A DNA stretch of 64,000 nucleotides from a bacterium (lineage in GTDB: Bacteria; Krumholzibacteriota; Krumholzibacteriia; LZORAL124-64-63). The stretch covers positions 5,422 through 69,421 of the forward strand of contig JAAEQC010000202.1 in NCBI GenBank assembly GCA_024231905.1, written 5' to 3'. This document shows, piece after piece, positions 37,878-47,549 of this stretch. Every line of letters starts with the position of its first letter. Position 1 is the stretch's first letter. Position numbers and translations under genes: made by a program. The notes under the pieces are model-generated. The model saw nothing but the letters and a program-made list of their open reading frames with translations, had not been told where the DNA came from and did no database searches.

Positions 37878-39563
37878 ATGTGGAGGATTCCCGTGCGCCG
37901 CTCCCTGCCGAATCGCTGGCTGTGCCACCTGCCGCTGGCTCTGGCTTTGCTTCTACTCGGCCTATACGCCCTCGATATAGGCATCGACAGTGGTAGCGGA
38001 CAGCGGCGGTTCCAGGTTCTGTTCCTCGTCAGCCTCGGGCCGATTGCCTCGATCCTGCTGGTTGTCCAGAGCGTGGTCTGGCTCCGCTTGGCCGCCGGGC
38101 GATTCGGCTGGCTGCGCACCTTGCTGGTGGTGGCCCTTCTCCTGGCCATAGTGCCTGGTTGGCGATGGTTCTCCAACCTCCTGGCCGCGCGCGGCACGTT
38201 TCGCGAGACCCTCGTGGCCGCCAACGATCTGTACCGGCCCCAGATCGGTGACCGCATGTTCATTGCGTCGGCCGACGCACGCTGGCTCGTCTTCGCCCGC
38301 AACAGTCGGACCTTCCCCTCGAGCGTGGCCCCCCAGCCGGAAATCGTGGTCCGTGACCTGGCGGAGCGACGGGAACAGGTGGTCCAGACGAACGACGTGA
38401 AGAAGAGTCGGACGCTTACCGTGGCAGAGGAAATCGCCATGGACATGGACCGCGTCCGCTGGGGCAACGACGAGGCGGCGTTCGAGCGGGGCCGGGGGAG
38501 CCTGCTCGGGATCGACCTCGCCGCCGCCCGAGCCCGCGTAAGGACGGCGCGTCCGGAGGACACGATCATCCCGCCGCGGCATGCTGCCTCAGACCACCTG
38601 AAGGAGTTCCCGACCGGCCTGCGCCGCCAGAGGGCCACGACCTGGAACGGCGAGGCCTTCGGACGCTTCGCTTTCGCGACACGTACTTTCGGCCCCGACC
38701 GGCGCCGCCTCGCGGTCCTCGAACGCAGCGCGGGCGACGGCGACTGGGAGACCTTGGCGACCCACCGCGGCCTGTTGGAGGATTGGTTCCTGGGCAAGCC
38801 CGTGATCTCGCCCGACGAGCGCCTCGTCGCCTACGTGGCCATCCGCAAGAACAGGGTGGCGAGCACCTTGATGGCCATGATGCCGCTCCTGGGCATGGCG
38901 CGGGCGCCGAGCACCGACCTGCTCTTCGTCCACGATGTTCTGACCGGACGCCGCTATCGCTTCGGCGAAGTCCACGACCCGTCGTCCCTGCAGTGGAGCC
39001 CCGAAGGCCGCCACCTCTACTTCGCCCAGTTGGATCCACGGCACGAGCGGACCATCGAGGTCATCCGCTTCGACCTCCCGCTCTCGCCGCCCGACCCGGC
39101 CCGAAAACCGTGGACGCCCCCGCAAGAACGGCGATCACGCTCGGTTTTCGTTTCCGATCCTCATGCCGGTTGGGCCAGGGACGGCCTGCCAGGCGTGGAT
39201 TTCCGCTACCCGGCCGAACGAATCACCGTAAACGCCGTCGAGGACGGAACGCGATTGCTGTCCATCCCGGCCACGGACGCGGGCGCGTCCGACGAAACCC
39301 TCGTGAAGCTCGAAGTCGTCCCGGGCAACTGCCTGGATCTGGCACCGCGGGGCTGGCGCCGCGCCCGCATGCCGGGCCTCTCCATGGGTTGCGTCCTGAA
39401 TCGATCACCACGCGGAAGCGTCGTGGAGGCCGGCGTCCGGATGGACCGCTGGTGGGTACCTCTGGGCGAGGACAGGACTCTGATCGTGACCCGGCCGGCC
39501 CTGCGGACCCAGGCGGCCAATCTCCTCTTCGCCCAGGTCGTGGACTCCATCGCGATTCCATAG
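37878..39563 (+). CDS. Hypothetical membrane protein with a TolB/PD40-like periplasmic region
   Basis: Three N-terminal TMs; PVISPDERLVAY and LQWSPEGRHLYF repeats. Confidence 0.55.
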   Translation: MWRIPVRRSLPNRWLCHLPLALALLLLGLYALDIGIDSGSGQRRFQVLFLVSLGPIASILLVVQSVVWLRLAAGRFGWLRTLLVVALLLAIVPGWRWFSNLLAARGTFRETLVAANDLYRPQIGDRMFIASADARWLVFARNSRTFPSSVAPQPEIVVRDLAERREQVVQTNDVKKSRTLTVAEEIAMDMDRVRWGNDEAAFERGRGSLLGIDLAAARARVRTARPEDTIIPPRHAASDHLKEFPTGLRRQRATTWNGEAFGRFAFATRTFGPDRRRLAVLERSAGDGDWETLATHRGLLEDWFLGKPVISPDERLVAYVAIRKNRVASTLMAMMPLLGMARAPSTDLLFVHDVLTGRRYRFGEVHDPSSLQWSPEGRHLYFAQLDPRHERTIEVIRFDLPLSPPDPARKPWTPPQERRSRSVFVSDPHAGWARDGLPGVDFRYPAERITVNAVEDGTRLLSIPATDAGASDETLVKLEVVPGNCLDLAPRGWRRARMPGLSMGCVLNRSPRGSVVEAGVRMDRWWVPLGEDRTLIVTRPALRTQAANLLFAQVVDSIAIP

Positions 39564-39664
39564 ACGGGCGCCCCGCCACATAGGTCTTGGCCGGCCGGCA
39601 GCGGGTCGCCTTCGAAACCCTGTGGCTGCCGATCCTCTCCCCCGCCATCGAACTCCAGGCGGGA

Positions 39665-41368
39665 CTAGTCGAGCTGGCGGGCCGGCGTGGTCGTCTCCAC
39701 GAAGATCATGAGATCGAAGAGCCGGCTGATCCGCTGCGGATGGAACTGTTTGTCCATGGCCATGGCTCCGATGCTCCGGAAAGGGCGTCCCTCCAGAATC
39801 CAGCCCGAAGATCCGGAATCCTTGACCGCCGCGCGTAGATCCAGGGCGAAGATGGAAGGCTTGGCAGAGGCGAACACCGCCTCGAAGCTGGCCGGTGGCG
39901 GCGGGCTCAGGCGGTGGATCTTGTCGCTCGAGCTGCGACTCATGGCGTAGTACTCCCCGGTGGCGGTGGCGAAACCCACGGGCAGGTAGGCGGGGCCGAA
40001 CTTCTCGTCCAGATGCTTGCCCATGGCCCCGTTCTGGCGCGAGACATGGAAGTTGTGGGCCCAGAGTACGATGCGGGCGTCCGGGTGTTGTTCCGTGAGC
40101 CAGACCACATTCTCGGCCATGGCCAGGTCGCGGTAACCGGGAATTTTCCTGGCCCGCATACGCATGCATTGGGTGACGAGGCGGGCGTTGAAGAGGGCCC
40201 GTTCGATCTCCTGCTCCGTGCGCTCGGCGAGCCACTCGGTCCGCCGCCCCTCCAACTCGGTCTGGATCGCCTCGGCCTCGATCTGGGCCTCCTGGGCCGC
40301 GGGTGTACCGACCGCTTTGGGCCGGCTGGCCAAGCACAGACTCGCCGCGCCCCCGGCTGCCACTTGGTCGTCGAGTGAGGCGGTGTAGGCGTCGTCGTTG
40401 GAGTAGTGGCCGGCCACGAGACGTTCATTCTCGAAGTCCAGGTCGAAGACCTTGGGATCGAACTCCTCGCCGTCCAACTCGATGGAGCCGTCGTCGAACC
40501 AGGCTTTGCCCTGTCCCGGCAGCAGGAAGCCGAAGTTGATGTTCTCGGCTTCCTCCGCCACGGGCAGTTCGACCACGTATTCGGTCCAGTCGGTGGTGCC
40601 CCGGGGACCGCTGTCCCTCATGTTGTCGAAGGCCAGCGTCTTGCGGTTCGGGCCGTCGACGCGCCACCACATGCCCGCATAGCCGTCGGTGACGTCCTCG
40701 GTCTTGATCCGGCACTTGAAGCGCACCGTGTGACCCCGGGCCTCCTCCAGGGGAAACGTGTACGTGACCACACCGAATGCGCTGCCGCCCGTGGCCTTGA
40801 CGATCGACGCGTACCGCTCACGGATCTCCTGGCCACGACCTGGATCGAGTGTGAGCACGAAGTCCGCCACCTGCTCGGCCGCCACGTCCGGCGTCTGCAT
40901 GTCGAAGCCCGTGAAATGGATCTTGTGGTCGTGGGTGGCGTTGTAGGCCCTCATCCACTCGACCATGGCCAGGACCTCCTCCGTGTCCCAGGTCCAGAAG
41001 TACATGCCGGCGATGAGTTCGCGGGGGTCGCCGTCGCCGCCGAGGACGTAGGCGTCCAGGCGGTGGGCCTCGGGCGTGCTGGCCTCGATGGCGAAGATGG
41101 AGAAGCCGTGTTCCTCCACCAGGTACTCCACCAGCCGGTGCTTCATCTGGAAATGCTCGCGGGTGCCGTGGGTCGATTCACCCAGACCGACGATCTGCGC
41201 GCAGGCGATCATGTCCACCAACGGGGCCATGTCTTCGAAGCCGTGGCCGGCCTCGCAGGTCTCCAGGGGCACCGCGTTCCGGTCGAGCCAGGCGACGCGT
41301 TCGTCGGGGACGGCCGCGAGGGTGGGAAGGGCGAACGTCGCAAACAGAAGGAGAATGATCGGGCGCAT
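39665..41368 (-). CDS. Erythromycin esterase (Ere) family protein
   Basis: VGLGESTHGTRE, GFDMQ, RDLAMAEN, LWAHNFH. Confidence 0.9.
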   Translation of the reverse strand: MRPIILLLFATFALPTLAAVPDERVAWLDRNAVPLETCEAGHGFEDMAPLVDMIACAQIVGLGESTHGTREHFQMKHRLVEYLVEEHGFSIFAIEASTPEAHRLDAYVLGGDGDPRELIAGMYFWTWDTEEVLAMVEWMRAYNATHDHKIHFTGFDMQTPDVAAEQVADFVLTLDPGRGQEIRERYASIVKATGGSAFGVVTYTFPLEEARGHTVRFKCRIKTEDVTDGYAGMWWRVDGPNRKTLAFDNMRDSGPRGTTDWTEYVVELPVAEEAENINFGFLLPGQGKAWFDDGSIELDGEEFDPKVFDLDFENERLVAGHYSNDDAYTASLDDQVAAGGAASLCLASRPKAVGTPAAQEAQIEAEAIQTELEGRRTEWLAERTEQEIERALFNARLVTQCMRMRARKIPGYRDLAMAENVVWLTEQHPDARIVLWAHNFHVSRQNGAMGKHLDEKFGPAYLPVGFATATGEYYAMSRSSSDKIHRLSPPPPASFEAVFASAKPSIFALDLRAAVKDSGSSGWILEGRPFRSIGAMAMDKQFHPQRISRLFDLMIFVETTTPARQLD

Positions 41369-41469
41369 GGTGGCCTCCGGAGTGGGGATGGGATCCACGA
41401 TGGTCGGGACCATAGCATGGGGACGGGATTGCGATAAATGCTTCTCGAAACGCCGGCGCTCCCGGCTGC

Positions 41470-41673
41470 TCAGCCCCCGCGCTTGAAGTTTCCCGTGGCC
41501 TTGGCCATGAGCAACTGGGCGCGACGTGGATCGACGCCCTCGATCCGCGCCCGGAAACGCTCGGCCTTCTTGCCCGTCAGGGTCACCACCTGGCGTCCCT
41601 CGAAGGACAACAGCACACGCCCATCCTTGGTGGCGGTCCAGGCGAAACGTTCGTCGTCGAGTGGGTCGGTCAT
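41470..41673 (-). CDS. Small conserved hypothetical protein
   Basis: MTDPLDDERFAWTATKDGRV...QLLMAKATGNFKRG; ATGA overlap with the upstream gene. Confidence 0.7.
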   Translation of the reverse strand: MTDPLDDERFAWTATKDGRVLLSFEGRQVVTLTGKKAERFRARIEGVDPRRAQLLMAKATGNFKRGG

Positions 41674-42410
41674 GGATCCTCCGGCGCCTGCAGTCGCGCC
41701 ACGGCCCGCTTGAACCGCGTGGCCGCGAGGGGCATGGTGAGCGGCAGCGTCATGTACACGAAACCGGCCCAGCGACCCATAGCCGGCGGCATGGCCATGG
41801 CCCATAGGGCAGAGACGAGACCCGTGGCGCCGAGGATGATGTTGAGGACGATGCCTTGCCGCGTCCGCAGGCGCTCCACCGCATCCAACCGCAAATCGCC
41901 GGCGACCCGCAGCACCCTCAGGTGAAGCAGGGCGAGCATACCGGTCTGGGCGGCGAACCCCAGCCCGTAGATCTGGAAGATGCCGAGCATGTCCCGCGGG
42001 TTGTCGAGGGTGAACTCGGCCGGCAGGAAGCCGCCGCTGGTCCAGTGGGCGAAAGCCGTGAACACCATCTTCAGCGGATACACGTAGACGAGCATGATGA
42101 ACACCATGGTCAGGCTGATCACCGAGGTGACGCCGTCCTCGAGGCCGTAGCGTCGGCTCCAGGTGCGGTGGGACCACCAGAAAGCGGCGATGGCGGCGAA
42201 GCTGGCCGCGAAGGCCGGCACGCCCTTCAGGGCCAGGACCAGTTCGGCGTAGCTGCGGGGGATGCCTTCACCGATGACGAGCAGGGTGACGGCGAAGGCG
42301 AAGGCCGCGTCGCAAAAGGTCTCCAGGCGGGTCATATCGACACCGCGTTGGCGGACGCCGTTGCGCACGGGCAGGTCGCCCAGCCGTTCGTCGGTCCATT
42401 TCAGGCTCAT
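41670..42410 (-). CDS. TMEM175 (DUF1211) K+ channel family protein
   Basis: RLETFCDAAFAFAVTLLV (RxxxFSD motif variant), FWWSH, about 6 TMs. Confidence 0.85.
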   Translation of the reverse strand: MSLKWTDERLGDLPVRNGVRQRGVDMTRLETFCDAAFAFAVTLLVIGEGIPRSYAELVLALKGVPAFAASFAAIAAFWWSHRTWSRRYGLEDGVTSVISLTMVFIMLVYVYPLKMVFTAFAHWTSGGFLPAEFTLDNPRDMLGIFQIYGLGFAAQTGMLALLHLRVLRVAGDLRLDAVERLRTRQGIVLNIILGATGLVSALWAMAMPPAMGRWAGFVYMTLPLTMPLAATRFKRAVARLQAPEDP

Positions 42411-42582
42411 GCGATCATTCCCCTCATTCGGACGTGGCGGCGGAAGTTCATGTGCTTCACCGGGATCTCCCCTTGCTGCGGCCGCCCACCTCAACCGATC
42501 CGCGGAGTGGCCAGGACCACCGAGATACATTAAGATAAAATGCATCTTGTTTCATTGAGAATCATGGGATTGGAGGACCATC

Positions 42583-43095
42583 ATGAAACTCACCACGATC
42601 GGCAGGACCGCGCTCCTGCTGACGACCGCCTGCGTTATCGCGGGCTGCGGCGGCGACGACGGACCGACCAAGCCGGGCGGCGGCGGCGGCGGTGGCGGTA
42701 CCCAGACCGGCGACATGACCGCCACCGTGGACGGCGTCGCCTGGACCGCGGTCAGCGCTTCGGCCGTTGGTGCCGGCACATCCGTCATCGCCATCGGCGC
42801 CTCGGACCTCAACGGAGAGACGGCGATCGGATTCGCCTTCGCCAACAGCGGCACCGGTACCTACGCCATCGGCCCCGGCCAGGTCACCAACGCCAACGTC
42901 GGCGACCTGGGCGGCGCCACCTGGATGGCCAACGGCGCCCAGGGCGGCGGTTCGATCACCGTGACGAGCCTCACGGCCGAGCGGATCGCCGGCACCTTCC
43001 AGTTCACGGCGCCCCTGCAGACGGGGGCCGGAACGCCGGCCACGCGGGTCGTCACCAACGGCGTGTTCGACGTGGCGTTCCTCAGCGCCCCCTAG
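42583..43095 (+). CDS. Small beta-rich lipoprotein (DUF6252-like)
   Basis: Lipobox IAGC, Gly linker, MTATVDGVAW..IAGTFQF..VTNGVF. Confidence 0.7.
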   Translation: MKLTTIGRTALLLTTACVIAGCGGDDGPTKPGGGGGGGGTQTGDMTATVDGVAWTAVSASAVGAGTSVIAIGASDLNGETAIGFAFANSGTGTYAIGPGQVTNANVGDLGGATWMANGAQGGGSITVTSLTAERIAGTFQFTAPLQTGAGTPATRVVTNGVFDVAFLSAP

Positions 43096-43117
43096 ATAAC
43101 ATCGGGAACACAGAAGA

Positions 43118-43150
43118 CGACGCCGGCGAGCCCTCGGGCCGCCGGCGTCG
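43118..43150. terminator. Hairpin between convergent genes
   Basis: CGACGCCGGCG...CGCCGGCGTCG inverted repeat. Confidence 0.5.
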
Positions 43151-43171
43151 CCGTCTCCGTGATGATCGGGA

Positions 43172-43915
43172 TCAGAAGACCTTCAGATATCCCACCTGGA
43201 GCACGAGGTCCGGCGCGCCGTCGTCCAGGCCCAGGCCCAGGGAGCCGCGGATGTGGCCGCCCGAGCGCAGGAGATGGTCGACGCCGAAGGACATGAGGCC
43301 ATAGTCGCCCTCGGTGGCGAAATCCAGCTCGCCGATCCAGTGCAGATTCGGCTTGGCCGCCAGGATTAAGCCGCCGCCGAGGCCCAGGGAGCTATCCCGG
43401 TCCTCGCCCTGCTCGTCGAAGTTCAGGGACAGACGGCCCATGACCGACAGCTTCTCCGACGTGGGATGGCGCAGGGCGCCGAAAAGGGCGAAATCCGTAT
43501 TGCCCTGGCCGATGTCCTCGCTGCCCGCGGGCAGGGTGAGAGCGGCGCCGGCGGCCACCTGGGTGGGCGTGCCCGTGTCGAAGCTGTAGCGGCCCGAGAC
43601 CATGGGGTCCATGAGGCCGGACTGGCCGTCGCCCTCGTCGGGGCTGATGCTCATGAAGCGCAGGCTACCGCCGAGTTGGAAGCGGTCCGCCACCGGGAAG
43701 CTCGCCTGGGCGCCGAGAGCGATGGCGCTGGCCGCGTCGAAGTCGGCGAAACTGAAAACGCCCTCGCCGTAAGCCTCGGTGTCGAGGGTGGTGTCCTGGA
43801 AGAAGTGCTGGATGGCGTGGACGTGGCGACCGGTGGCCGGGGTCGTTTGCGCGGCGGCCAGCGTCGACCCGAGGAACAGGGCGCACAGGAACGTGGCGAA
43901 GATCAGACGGTTCAT
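43172..43915 (-). CDS. Outer-membrane beta-barrel (transporter-like)
   Basis: Signal peptide, amphipathic strands, terminal Phe (GYLKVF). Confidence 0.7.
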   Translation of the reverse strand: MNRLIFATFLCALFLGSTLAAAQTTPATGRHVHAIQHFFQDTTLDTEAYGEGVFSFADFDAASAIALGAQASFPVADRFQLGGSLRFMSISPDEGDGQSGLMDPMVSGRYSFDTGTPTQVAAGAALTLPAGSEDIGQGNTDFALFGALRHPTSEKLSVMGRLSLNFDEQGEDRDSSLGLGGGLILAAKPNLHWIGELDFATEGDYGLMSFGVDHLLRSGGHIRGSLGLGLDDGAPDLVLQVGYLKVF

Positions 43916-44104
43916 GGGTGCCTCCTTGCCGTCGGTGTCGCACCCGGAGGGGGCACGAAGCCGGCGAACCGTGGTCGGAATGTGCTACCAGGGTCTCGAT
44001 TGGTGCCGGACACCGCCCATCCCCCTGGGCGAACGCGGGCCGGTCGGGGCATTCTAGCCCCGACCGGCAGGAGGGTCAATTCAAGTCCGGGTACCGCGCG
44101 AAGA

Positions 44105-45190
44105 CTAGCGGAGCAGGGTCATGGAGCGGTGGCTCACCTGTCCGCCGGCTTGGAGCCGCAGCAGGTAGACGCCCGATCCCACGGCCCGGCCCGCGGTGTC
44201 GGTGCCGCGCCAGGTGGTCTCGTGGTCGCCGGCCGTGGCCGTTCCCGAGTGGAGCTGCCGCACCAGGCGCCCGCGCAGATCGACCACAGCCAGGTCGGCG
44301 TCGCCGTCCGCAGCCAGGGACCAGCGGATGACCGTGGCCGGATTGAAGGGATTGGGCGTGACCGAGGCGATATCGGCGGCGAGGGCCGACGGCGCGTCGG
44401 TCCCGGAGACGTCCATGGCCACCATGGCCGCCGCCGCCGCGTACCAGGCCAGGGCCATGCGCTCACTTCCCGCCGCATTCAGGTGCCCGCCGTCGGAGGA
44501 GTAGTCCGGATTCAGCATCTGATAGGACTCGCCCCCGCTCTCGAAGAGCACCGGCGTACCATCCGGCTTGTGGCACTCGATATCGGCCACGTCCAGCAGG
44601 ATGAGTCCCTTGGCCGCACAGTGCTCGCGCACCACGTCGTTGAAGCGGTTGATACTCACGTTGAACGAGGAGTCGCCGAACCGCAGCGGCATGGTCGCGT
44701 ACACGAAGATCGTGCCGGGGAACTCGGTCTCCAGCTGAGTCATGGAATCCAGGTATGGTTGGGGATCGGCACGGTCGTCGTCATAGCAGAATTTGTTGAG
44801 GACGATGTCGACCGCCGGCCGGCTCCAACCCTCGGTGCGGAGCGAGGTCTCGAACTGGTCGATCTTCTCCTGCCAGCCCGGGTTGCCGCGGTAGGATTCG
44901 TACACCGTTCCCGGGGTCGTGGTCGCCGGCGCCGAAGACCCGGGCGCGACGGTCTCGTACGCGATCTGGTAGCGGTCCGGATCCGCGGCGTGAAGGTCGC
45001 GCAGCCCGATGACCATGTTCCAGCCGACGGAGGCATGGGCGAAGAACCAGCGCTGCTGGCCCACCTTTTCCATGACGTCGCCGGGCAGATGCTTCGTCTG
45101 GTCGACGAAGTTGTGATCGATGATGATGGCCGCGGCCGGTTGAACGAGGCAGACGGACAGCAGCAGGGTCCACAGGAGGGAACGGGTCAT
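44105..45190 (-). CDS. Secreted SGNH-like hydrolase fold protein with C-terminal FlgD-Ig domain
   Basis: FAHASVG, KFCY, DGGHLN; PNPFNP..SGVYLLRL tail. Confidence 0.7.
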   Translation of the reverse strand: MTRSLLWTLLLSVCLVQPAAAIIIDHNFVDQTKHLPGDVMEKVGQQRWFFAHASVGWNMVIGLRDLHAADPDRYQIAYETVAPGSSAPATTTPGTVYESYRGNPGWQEKIDQFETSLRTEGWSRPAVDIVLNKFCYDDDRADPQPYLDSMTQLETEFPGTIFVYATMPLRFGDSSFNVSINRFNDVVREHCAAKGLILLDVADIECHKPDGTPVLFESGGESYQMLNPDYSSDGGHLNAAGSERMALAWYAAAAAMVAMDVSGTDAPSALAADIASVTPNPFNPATVIRWSLAADGDADLAVVDLRGRLVRQLHSGTATAGDHETTWRGTDTAGRAVGSGVYLLRLQAGGQVSHRSMTLLR

Positions 45191-45515
45191 GTCGGGGTCT
45201 CCAAGGGTCGGGGTTCTCTTCGGCGCCCGGAATGCCGTTGCAGGATAGTCAAAGATGTCGAGTATGGCGGCGGATTTCGTCTTAATATCTTATTTCAATC
45301 CGGAAGGAGCAAACATAAACAAGAGGTATACGATCAGAAGAAATCATATACGGCGCTAACCCCAAGGGCGACAACACATAAGTAATTCTTCACGCTCCCG
45401 GGATATCTCTTCGTCGTCACCGTCTTCCGTTCCCTTCTGCGAAATGATACATTCGTCCGGTTCGCCAGGCGCCGTCGAGCGCCATCGGTCCCACCTCCGA
45501 CCCGGCGAGGTCATC

Positions 45516-47549
45516 GTGCGATTCCTGTTCCCGATTCTGCTGGTCGTCCTGGCGCTGCCCGCGTTCGCCGCCGACTCCGATTTGCCCCCGGGCGACAAGC
45601 CCGCCCCCACACCCTTCAGCCGTCTCGCGGATGCAGGCACGGCCGACGACCACGACGACGCCGACCACGTCATCGTCCTGGAGCACGCCGTGAATCGCGT
45701 CAAGCCCAGCGGCGTGACCTACGTGGACGGTTACCGTCTGGTGAAACTCCTGACCCCCGCGGCCTGCCGCGACCTGTCGGTACTGAACTGGCACTACGAC
45801 CCCCAGAGCCAGGCCCTGGAGGTGCGCGAGGTGGCGATCCTGCGTGACGACGAGCGCATCCCCGTGAACGTGGCTGCCGTGCACGACCTGCCCGCCCCCC
45901 AGGCGGCCATCTACTGGCGCGACCGGGTCAAGACCCTCCAGTTGCCGCGCCTGGAAGTGGGCGACGGCATCGAAGTGAAGACCTTCAGCAAGGGCTTCAC
46001 CTACGCCCTGCTGGCCCAAGGTGGCGGGGCGGCCGGTGGCACGCATCCCATGGCCATGGAGCCGGGCGACGAGAAGTACATCCCGCCCATGCCCGGCGAG
46101 TACTTCGACATCGTGCTCTTCCAGACCGACGCGCCCGTGGTGGAGAAGCGCTACGACCTGGTCCTGCCCAAGGACAAGCGCCTGCACGCAGAAACCTACA
46201 ACGGCGCCCTCTACTCGAGCGTCACCTACGACGAGATCACGACGACCTACTCCTGGTGGTGCCTGGACATGCCCGCCCGGGTCCACGAACCGCGCCAACC
46301 GGCCGCCAGCGACATCATCCCCAAGGCCGTCATGGCCACCGCCGAGAGCTGGGAGGCCAAGAGCCGCTGGTTCTTCGATGTGAACAAGGACCAGTTCGAC
46401 GTCACCCCGGCCATCCAGGCCAAGGTGGACGAGATCATCGACACCCAGGGCCTGAAGAAGGCGGACGACGAGAAGAAGGCCAAGGCCCTGCTCCACTGGG
46501 TGGCCCAGAACATCCGCTACAGCGGCCAGACCATGGGCGAGGGCGAAGGCTTCACCCTCCATCCGGGCGACATGATCTTCGAGCAACGTTCGGGCGTGTG
46601 CAAGGACATCGCCGGCATGTTGGTCACCATGATGCGCGGCGCGGGACTCGACTCCTACGCAGCCATGACCATGGCCGGCAGCCGCATCGACGAGGTGCCC
46701 GCGGACCAGTTCAACCACTGCGTCACCGCCCTGAAGCTCGACGACGGCTCCTTCCGCATGTACGACCCCACCTGGGTGCCCTACAACAATGACATCTGGT
46801 CCAAGCTCGAGACCGAGCAGCACTACCTGGTGGGTACGCCCGAGGGCGAGCATCTGACCAGCATCGCCTTCAGTCCGCCCGCAGAGTCGCCCCTCACGGC
46901 CCGCCACGAGGCCCGCCTATCGGCCGACGGCACGCTGGAAGGCACGGTGCGGTTCGACGGGGGCGGGGCGTCGGACAGCCGGTTGCGTCGCATCGTCAAC
47001 GGCCAGCGGATGAAGGAATTGAACGCCCGCTGCGCCCGGATCCTGTCCAACGTGAGCCCCCGTGTGGAGGCCGTGGAGGCCACGCACCGGGCCACGGACG
47101 ACTTCAGCGGGAACATGTGGCTGGAGATCAGCTACCGCATCCCCCGTTTCGTCACCGAAATGGACGGAGCGCTGGAGTTCACCAGCCCCCTCATGGGCCT
47201 GATCCTGGCCGACGGCAGCCTCTTCGGCAGCGCCCGCACCGAGTGGGATGAAGAGCGCACGACCGATCTGCTCGTCTGGTACACCCAGCAGGTGGACGCC
47301 CAGGAAACCATCCGCCTGCCCAAGGGCTGGAAACTGAACGAACCGCCCGAGATGGATGCGGTGGACGAGACCTACGCCTCCTTCAGCGGCGCGGCGGAAC
47401 TGGACGGTCGCAAGCTGAAGGTCACCCAGCTGTCGGAGGTGAGGCGCCGCCAGATCCCACCCGACGGATACGAGGGATTCCGCAAGGCCATGACCGCCGC
47501 CAAGGACTGGGCCGACGAGACGATCCGTCTGACGAAGGAGGGTGAGTGA
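45516..47549 (+). CDS. DUF3857 plus transglutaminase-like protein (catalytic)
   Basis: NIRY, GVCKD (Cys), FNHC (His), YDPT (Asp). Confidence 0.85.
   Translation: MRFLFPILLVVLALPAFAADSDLPPGDKPAPTPFSRLADAGTADDHDDADHVIVLEHAVNRVKPSGVTYVDGYRLVKLLTPAACRDLSVLNWHYDPQSQALEVREVAILRDDERIPVNVAAVHDLPAPQAAIYWRDRVKTLQLPRLEVGDGIEVKTFSKGFTYALLAQGGGAAGGTHPMAMEPGDEKYIPPMPGEYFDIVLFQTDAPVVEKRYDLVLPKDKRLHAETYNGALYSSVTYDEITTTYSWWCLDMPARVHEPRQPAASDIIPKAVMATAESWEAKSRWFFDVNKDQFDVTPAIQAKVDEIIDTQGLKKADDEKKAKALLHWVAQNIRYSGQTMGEGEGFTLHPGDMIFEQRSGVCKDIAGMLVTMMRGAGLDSYAAMTMAGSRIDEVPADQFNHCVTALKLDDGSFRMYDPTWVPYNNDIWSKLETEQHYLVGTPEGEHLTSIAFSPPAESPLTARHEARLSADGTLEGTVRFDGGGASDSRLRRIVNGQRMKELNARCARILSNVSPRVEAVEATHRATDDFSGNMWLEISYRIPRFVTEMDGALEFTSPLMGLILADGSLFGSARTEWDEERTTDLLVWYTQQVDAQETIRLPKGWKLNEPPEMDAVDETYASFSGAAELDGRKLKVTQLSEVRRRQIPPDGYEGFRKAMTAAKDWADETIRLTKEGE

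Noticed and set aside
42676-42699. (GGC)n tract
   Set aside because: Encodes the poly-Gly linker of a lipoprotein; in frame, so not a phase-variation switch
45191-45515. AT-rich intergenic region as a possible ncRNA
   Set aside because: No stable structure or known motif recognised; consistent with a divergent promoter region
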